DNA of 63,268 nucleotides, the filler included, from Syncephalis fuscata S228 (Eukaryota; Fungi; Zoopagomycota), in assembly GCA_025786725.1 (NCBI GenBank). It is 4 parts of 4 records of this genome, joined end to end, with 100 filler letters (N's around TTAATTAATTAA, not from the genome) between each part and the next. Parts side by side here need not be neighbours in the genome. Positions count along the whole stretch, not along the records: positions 52,819 to 63,268 come from JAHLTZ010000295.1; 3 more parts are not named here. The stretch is one strand, 5' to 3'. The position numbers and the translations under genes are program-made. Shown here one piece after another: positions 58,029 to 63,268 of this stretch (positions are counted from its first letter, which is position 1; each line of letters starts with the position of its first letter). Below the pieces are notes generated by a model. The model was not told the DNA's origin and ran no database searches. It was given only the letters and a program-made list of their open reading frames with translations.

Positions 58029-58699
58029 AAGAATTGCGCTGCAGTTTTACTAGCGCTATTTATTGTTCTTTAGAACAAAGAAATAATAATAGCCTTTGCT
58101 CAACGCTCATTTGATTTTTTATGAAAATTAATGCATGGCATCATGGAGCTGCATATATTGGCATAAACAAGTATTTTTATTTTCTAAGTCGTTGCTGCAT
58201 ATTTATATTTCGATACTTTTATTCGTTCCAATGAAACACAGTAGTTTGTGTTAATAGTGAATTTACTACTATTATTGTCAATTTACAAAATATATATCAT
58301 TTGGCTATTTTTACTATTTACAAGAAATAGTACTAAATGATTCTTAGTATTTCCTTCTGAATATACAGATAACTACTGTATAATTAATTACTTTTATTAC
58401 TAGAATAAACAACAATTACTTTCATATTCTTTCATAAATTAAGCGTTTATTAATGTTACTATATTTCTACGGTAGTATTATAACTTTATTCTACTTTGAC
58501 TCTCACATTTGACGTCCTTAAGCAAAATTTGTTCCAATTGAAGTCAATTGTAACAAAATGGCTATAAAATGACAACTGTTACTGCTGCTATGCATAACAA
58601 AATACAACTATAATGCTTTCATTTGATTACTTTAAAATCCACAAGGCCGATCATTATTGCTGTTGACCATGCGTAGAAAGTTTGATCGAATATTAATAA

Positions 58700-59060
58700 A
58701 AGCCATTGATCGCGATTCCATATCGCTCCCCAGCTGTTATTGTTGTTACTGCATACAATGTGGTTTTTTGTGTCTGAATGGACTCTTCTATTTTTCAATC
58801 TTCTACTGTTGCATTTGGGCATATTTACGATGTAAAATACCCGTCTATGGTGACAAAAAGGTAGAATGACTAGCGTTTCTGATGTTCACCATTCTCTTGA
58901 ACATTCTTGGTATCAACTTGGTAGGCGTAGTTTATTTGCCAACCATTGATAAAGCAAATGGCCTCCAACATATGCAATAATGATAGGTTAAGTGTCTTCG
59001 CCAGGAAGATCTTGTGACGACGGTTGTAACCAGAATATACGGCATGCTGTTGAGGCTACT
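58700..59060 (-). pseudogene. Possible decayed SET/SMYD-like coding relic
   Basis: Fragments MLEAICFINGWQIN, CPNA and TLYAVTTITAGE, interrupted by stops and frameshifts; weak. Confidence 0.22.
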
Positions 59061-59167
59061 TGAACAGGTGTTGATGTAAAATAAGAGAAATAAAGACTAG
59101 GGATTGAATAGTGTTTTTTATTAATGCCTGATCATCTCTTTTAAACGTCACCACTTTGCTCTCAACT

Positions 59168-60528
59168 ATGGCAAATCCACTATTGCGACCATTCCGTCTT
59201 GCGCTTGTTCAGCTTGCTGTCACCTCGCATAAAACAGTTAATATTACTCAGGCACGCGCTCGTGTCTTTGAAGCTGCACGTAACGGTGCAAAAGTGGTGT
59301 GCTTACCTGAATGCTTTAACTGTCCATACGGAACACAACATTTCGGTGACTACGCGGAATCTATCCCTGGAGAAACGTCGCAGGCCCTAAGTGACATTGC
59401 CAAAGTTGGTGTATAATATAAGCCAAACATACACGATTGCTGACTTGTAATAGGAAACTAACGTTTATCTGATAGGCGGTACTGCTGACAGCGCGATATT
59501 TCATGCCAATCACTAACATATTTTCTTTAGGCTCTATTCCAGAGCGTGACAGCACCGGCCACCTGTTCAACACTTCGGTTGTACATGGACCCGATGGTGT
59601 GTTTATCTTAGTGTTTGCTTAATTAGTATTAAATCAGTATACTAGGAAACCGGTTGGCCGTGCATCGTAAAGTTCATCTTTTCGATATTGATGTACCCGG
59701 CAAAATAAGATTCCAGGCAAGTACTGTTATGATAAATAAATTAACTATACAGCTAAAGTCAACATATTCAGGAAAGTGAAGTGCTTAGTCCCGGTAACAG
59801 TGTCACTACATTTGATACTGGTAGGTGCCAATAAATAAAATAGCCCATTGTTTACTATCTCGAAGTAGAATACGGCAGAATAGGATTAGGAATTTGCTAT
59901 GATATTCGATTTCCAGAGTTGGCTATGATTGCTGCACGTAAAGGTAGTTAATAAGGCTATGTCATTTTTAGCATTAATAAATGGTATAGGTTGCATGGCA
60001 ATGATATATCCTGGCGCTTTCAATATGACAACGGGACCATTACACTGGGAGCTGCTGCAGCGTGCTCGGCAAGTATTCTGCGTTATACTAATCACATAGC
60101 TGCTAACCAGACTGCAACTGTAATTAGTGCCGTTGATAATCAGGTAATTAAGCTAATAATAACTTTCAAGTTTAGCGCTGACCAGTAATAAAGATTTATG
60201 TTGCAGCTTGCTCGCCTGCACGGGATGAGAATGCCGGTTATGTAGCTTGGGGACATTCAACTGTCGTGGATCCTAAGTAAGAAAATGTTTTTTAATATAA
60301 ACGTGTAACTAATTAAATGTTAAGCGGCATTGTTGTTGCCACTACCGAGCATAACGAGGCCATCGTCTATGCTGACCTCAGTAAGTGAACATGCTAAGCA
60401 TTACTGGGTTGCTCATTATGGAACAAATAGATCCTGAAGCAGTGCAAATAGTCCGTGATTCGATTCCTGTTACGCAGCAGCGTCGGTTTGATGTGTATCC
60501 CAATGTTGCTGAAGGAATTGAACAATAG
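59168..60528 (+). CDS. NIT2: Carbon-nitrogen hydrolase, omega-amidase (human NIT2 / yeast Nit3 type), 11 exons
   Basis: Catalytic triad in [19 protein letters not shown] and [10 protein letters not shown]; [28 protein letters not shown]. Confidence 0.95.
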
Positions 60529-60871
60529 AATTAGCTGTGGCCAGCTAACAGTAAATAAAACTAGAGTTTCTAGTCAGAACAAAAGCAATTGTTTCTATTG
60601 AAAGATGCGCACAGATTCAGCATAGTTAATGCATGTTTATTCAATGTAATGATGGCGCGATGTAGGGGCCAGAACCTGATGAGACATGAATAAAACTATT
60701 CAAGGGGCCATCAATATTGTTTGCTGTATATCTGCAGGGGCTATAGTGCTCATTTTGGCCAGGAGTTTGTGCCTGCATTGTTTTTGTGAATATTTAAACC
60801 GCCTAAACTAGTGTCTAATTTACCGTGTATTACTCGTCATTTTTACATCGATTATCTAAGCTATATTTGCA

Positions 60872-61388
60872 ATGTACTCACTTAAAGCTATCATCGCCAT
60901 CGTTGCTATGGCATCTCTAGCCATAACTGTGGACTCTGTGCCAGTGCCACAACTGCCATCGTTAAGCAGTCTCAATCTTGGAGGATCTAACAACAGCAAC
61001 AACAGCGGACTTAACGGCCTGCCATTAGGCCAGGTTTCGGGACTTGTGAGCGGACTACTAGGCAAAAAAGATGTTGCATCCAATGGCCAACCACGTCGTA
61101 TTGCAGCCAATAGATCCCAATCGGTGCCGCAAGTCAATCAGATGGCAGGTAAAGTACGTAATCGATATAGCTGATAAAATTGCTATGTAATATACGTCTT
61201 TGGCTAATTAAAACTAAAAACCGTTAGATGCCAGAGAGCAACAAGGCACGCCGAATGAAGCTAGTAGTAAGCAAGGCTTAAAACCGGTAGACGCTAATAC
61301 ATTAGCAACGTTTGCTGCTTTAAATGCCATTCAAAATCGTCCAGCACTGCAGCCACCAAATACGCTTCTTACTGGTTTAACTCATTAA
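60872..61388 (+). CDS. Small secreted protein, 2 exons
   Basis: Signal peptide MYSLKAIIAIVAMASLAITVDS/VPVPQ; intron GTAAAG...TTAG joins in frame to DAREQQG...LLTGLTH*. Confidence 0.75.
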
Positions 61389-61957
61389 ATAAATTGTAGT
61401 TACTATAATATATAAAATTGTAATGCTCTCTTGTAATAATAATGGTAGTAATGATAACAGTACATAACTTATGATAATTGTTTATTATAATTAATATTAT
61501 AAAAATAAATATATTCCTGCTTAAACGATTCAATGTTTATAAATATGCTTGATTAGTACGTGGTGAAAATGCACAATAATCTAACAGAGTAGATATACTG
61601 AAACAACGATATATCGTAAAGATAAATTGCTATTTGGTTTATTCAATTGTATTAAGGGATTATGTCTGTGCCCCCTTGTAGATTCACTATTATCTAGGGG
61701 CTTACTGGGGCCAATAATTTATAGTACAGGAGCAACTAAGTTTGTTGCATGCGTCTGGCTGTTTATTTGAATCGACGGCAAAAAGGATACGTGCATAAGG
61801 GGTGTTTTAAGGAGAGCTATGCGTAATTAGTATTTGAGAACTTTTAGGCATATAAACGGTGGCTATCTGTATTCTTAGCAGCTAATTAATGTTAGTCAAT
61901 TGTCTACAAATACAATAACTTAGCTATTTATCATCAGATTATTATTCTATATTTACA

Positions 61958-62833
61958 ATGAAGGCGTCAATTGCTGCTGCTTTATTTCTTGCATCGACTG
62001 CATATGCAGCGCCACTACTTACTGGCAACCTTTTAAATGCCGACCGAACTGATCGGGGCCTAGTAGGCAGTTTGAATCGTGTTGGTAGAATTCTTACCGG
62101 TTCTCGCTACACACCACAAGCATGGAACTTGCCGGAGCGTCAAGCAAGCGTCAAGCAAGCTGAGCAACCAAAAGAGGCCACTGGTCTTGCTCGTGATTTT
62201 GAACAACTTAAACAAATTGAAACACTTCAAGAGCTTAGCGAGAAGCGTGCCAAGGAAGAAGCTTTCCCTGGAGCTCGTGCTTTGCCAAAAGAAAAGTTTG
62301 AACCATACCCAAGCGCCAATGGGATAGTAGAACGTCTACTTCGTCGTGGTGACTATGGCAGCTATGGCGATCATGATGATGAAGGTAACGATAGTGGTGA
62401 CGACGAAGGTGAGGATGATTATGACAACAAAAAAGATTGCGACAATAACGGCGAAGAAGGCGAGAATGATGATGATGATGAAGGACACAAGAGTTACAAT
62501 GCCGGAGGTCACGGTAACGATGAAGGCGAAGATGACGATAACGATGATGGTCATGGTTCCAAAGGTTATAACGCTGGCGGCAATGAAGGAGAAGATGATT
62601 ATGACGAAGGACACAAGAGCTACAATGCCGGTGGCCACGGTGGCGATGAAGGCGAGGATGATCACGACAAAAAACACAAGAGTTACGATGCCGGTGGCCA
62701 CGGCGGCCACAATGGTGAAGAAGGCGAAGATGACGACAACGATGACAGCCACAGTTGCTCATATGGCAAAGTCTGGAAGCATGGTAAATGTGTCAAGCCA
62801 GGCAAAGGACACAAAACATACCGTGCTTATTAG
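61958..62833 (+). CDS. Secreted Asp/Glu/Gly/His-rich repeat protein
   Basis: Signal peptide MKASIAAALFLASTAYA, LLRR dibasic site, four HKSYNAGGHG-EGEDD-type repeats, C-terminal CSYGKVWKHGKC. Confidence 0.85.
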   Translation: MKASIAAALFLASTAYAAPLLTGNLLNADRTDRGLVGSLNRVGRILTGSRYTPQAWNLPERQASVKQAEQPKEATGLARDFEQLKQIETLQELSEKRAKEEAFPGARALPKEKFEPYPSANGIVERLLRRGDYGSYGDHDDEGNDSGDDEGEDDYDNKKDCDNNGEEGENDDDDEGHKSYNAGGHGNDEGEDDDNDDGHGSKGYNAGGNEGEDDYDEGHKSYNAGGHGGDEGEDDHDKKHKSYDAGGHGGHNGEEGEDDDNDDSHSCSYGKVWKHGKCVKPGKGHKTYRAY

Positions 62834-63268
62834 GCAATATGACTATGGTCATTCCGTCCATAAATATACGGCTACGGATTTACTATATGTTGATTGATTG
62901 ATTTTTATACTAAAATTTACACTTTATAAAGTTTTAAATTACAAATTACTTGTTTTGGCAGTTATATCAAAATGTGTTTATTGTAAAATCATATTGCACT
63001 TTATTAAATGTATTACCTGATTAATTTCCTTTTTAGTAAATTGTCAATAAGTGATTACAAAATGCACATACTTTGTGCTGCGGTCGCACACAATTATTAT
63101 TCTATACTCCTTCTATTGATCCATGTGTTGTAGGTGTATATACAACTAGATATCGGCTAGTACAGGGGCGTGTTATTACTGTCGATTGCCTCCAGCCATA
63201 TACGTAGTATACGCCGTAGGTAGCGTTGCAAAGGAGCAGCTTTGGCCAGTGCTAGTAAGTAGTAAAGG

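Overview
This is eukaryotic, AT-rich, intron-rich fungal DNA. The short introns, secreted kinase, tyrosinases and divergent 28S suggest an early-diverging fungus such as a Zoopagomycota/Syncephalis-like parasite; this is inference, not a database result. The window is four contigs joined by artificial 100-bp N44-TTAATTAATTAA-N44 linkers, so synteny across 20368-20467, 32242-32341 and 52719-52818 is meaningless. Contig 1 holds an unannotated, apparently decaying secreted-protein gene on the minus strand with an array of ten 3-nt micro-exons (1734-2623). It also holds tRNA-Leu(TAA), a signal-peptide protein kinase, PRP3, MHF2/CENP-X, a WD40 protein, a Bur1/CDK9-like kinase and prolyl-tRNA synthetase. 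Contig 2 holds a divergent sphingolipid C9-methyltransferase-like gene and two tandem tyrosinases. Contig 3 is a nest of Ty3/Ty1 LTR retrotransposon debris abutting an rDNA spacer with several satellites, then 28S rRNA and partial ITS2. Contig 4 holds the DPH7 3' end, two tandem UDP-glycosyltransferases with a homogenised 3' end, a NIT2-type omega-amidase and two secreted proteins. The top candidate novel system is the micro-exon array: ten consecutive YAG-NNN-donor junctions, each core exactly 3 nt and all different, separated by paralogous 62-81 nt introns. It resembles schistosome micro-exon genes reduced to single-codon size.
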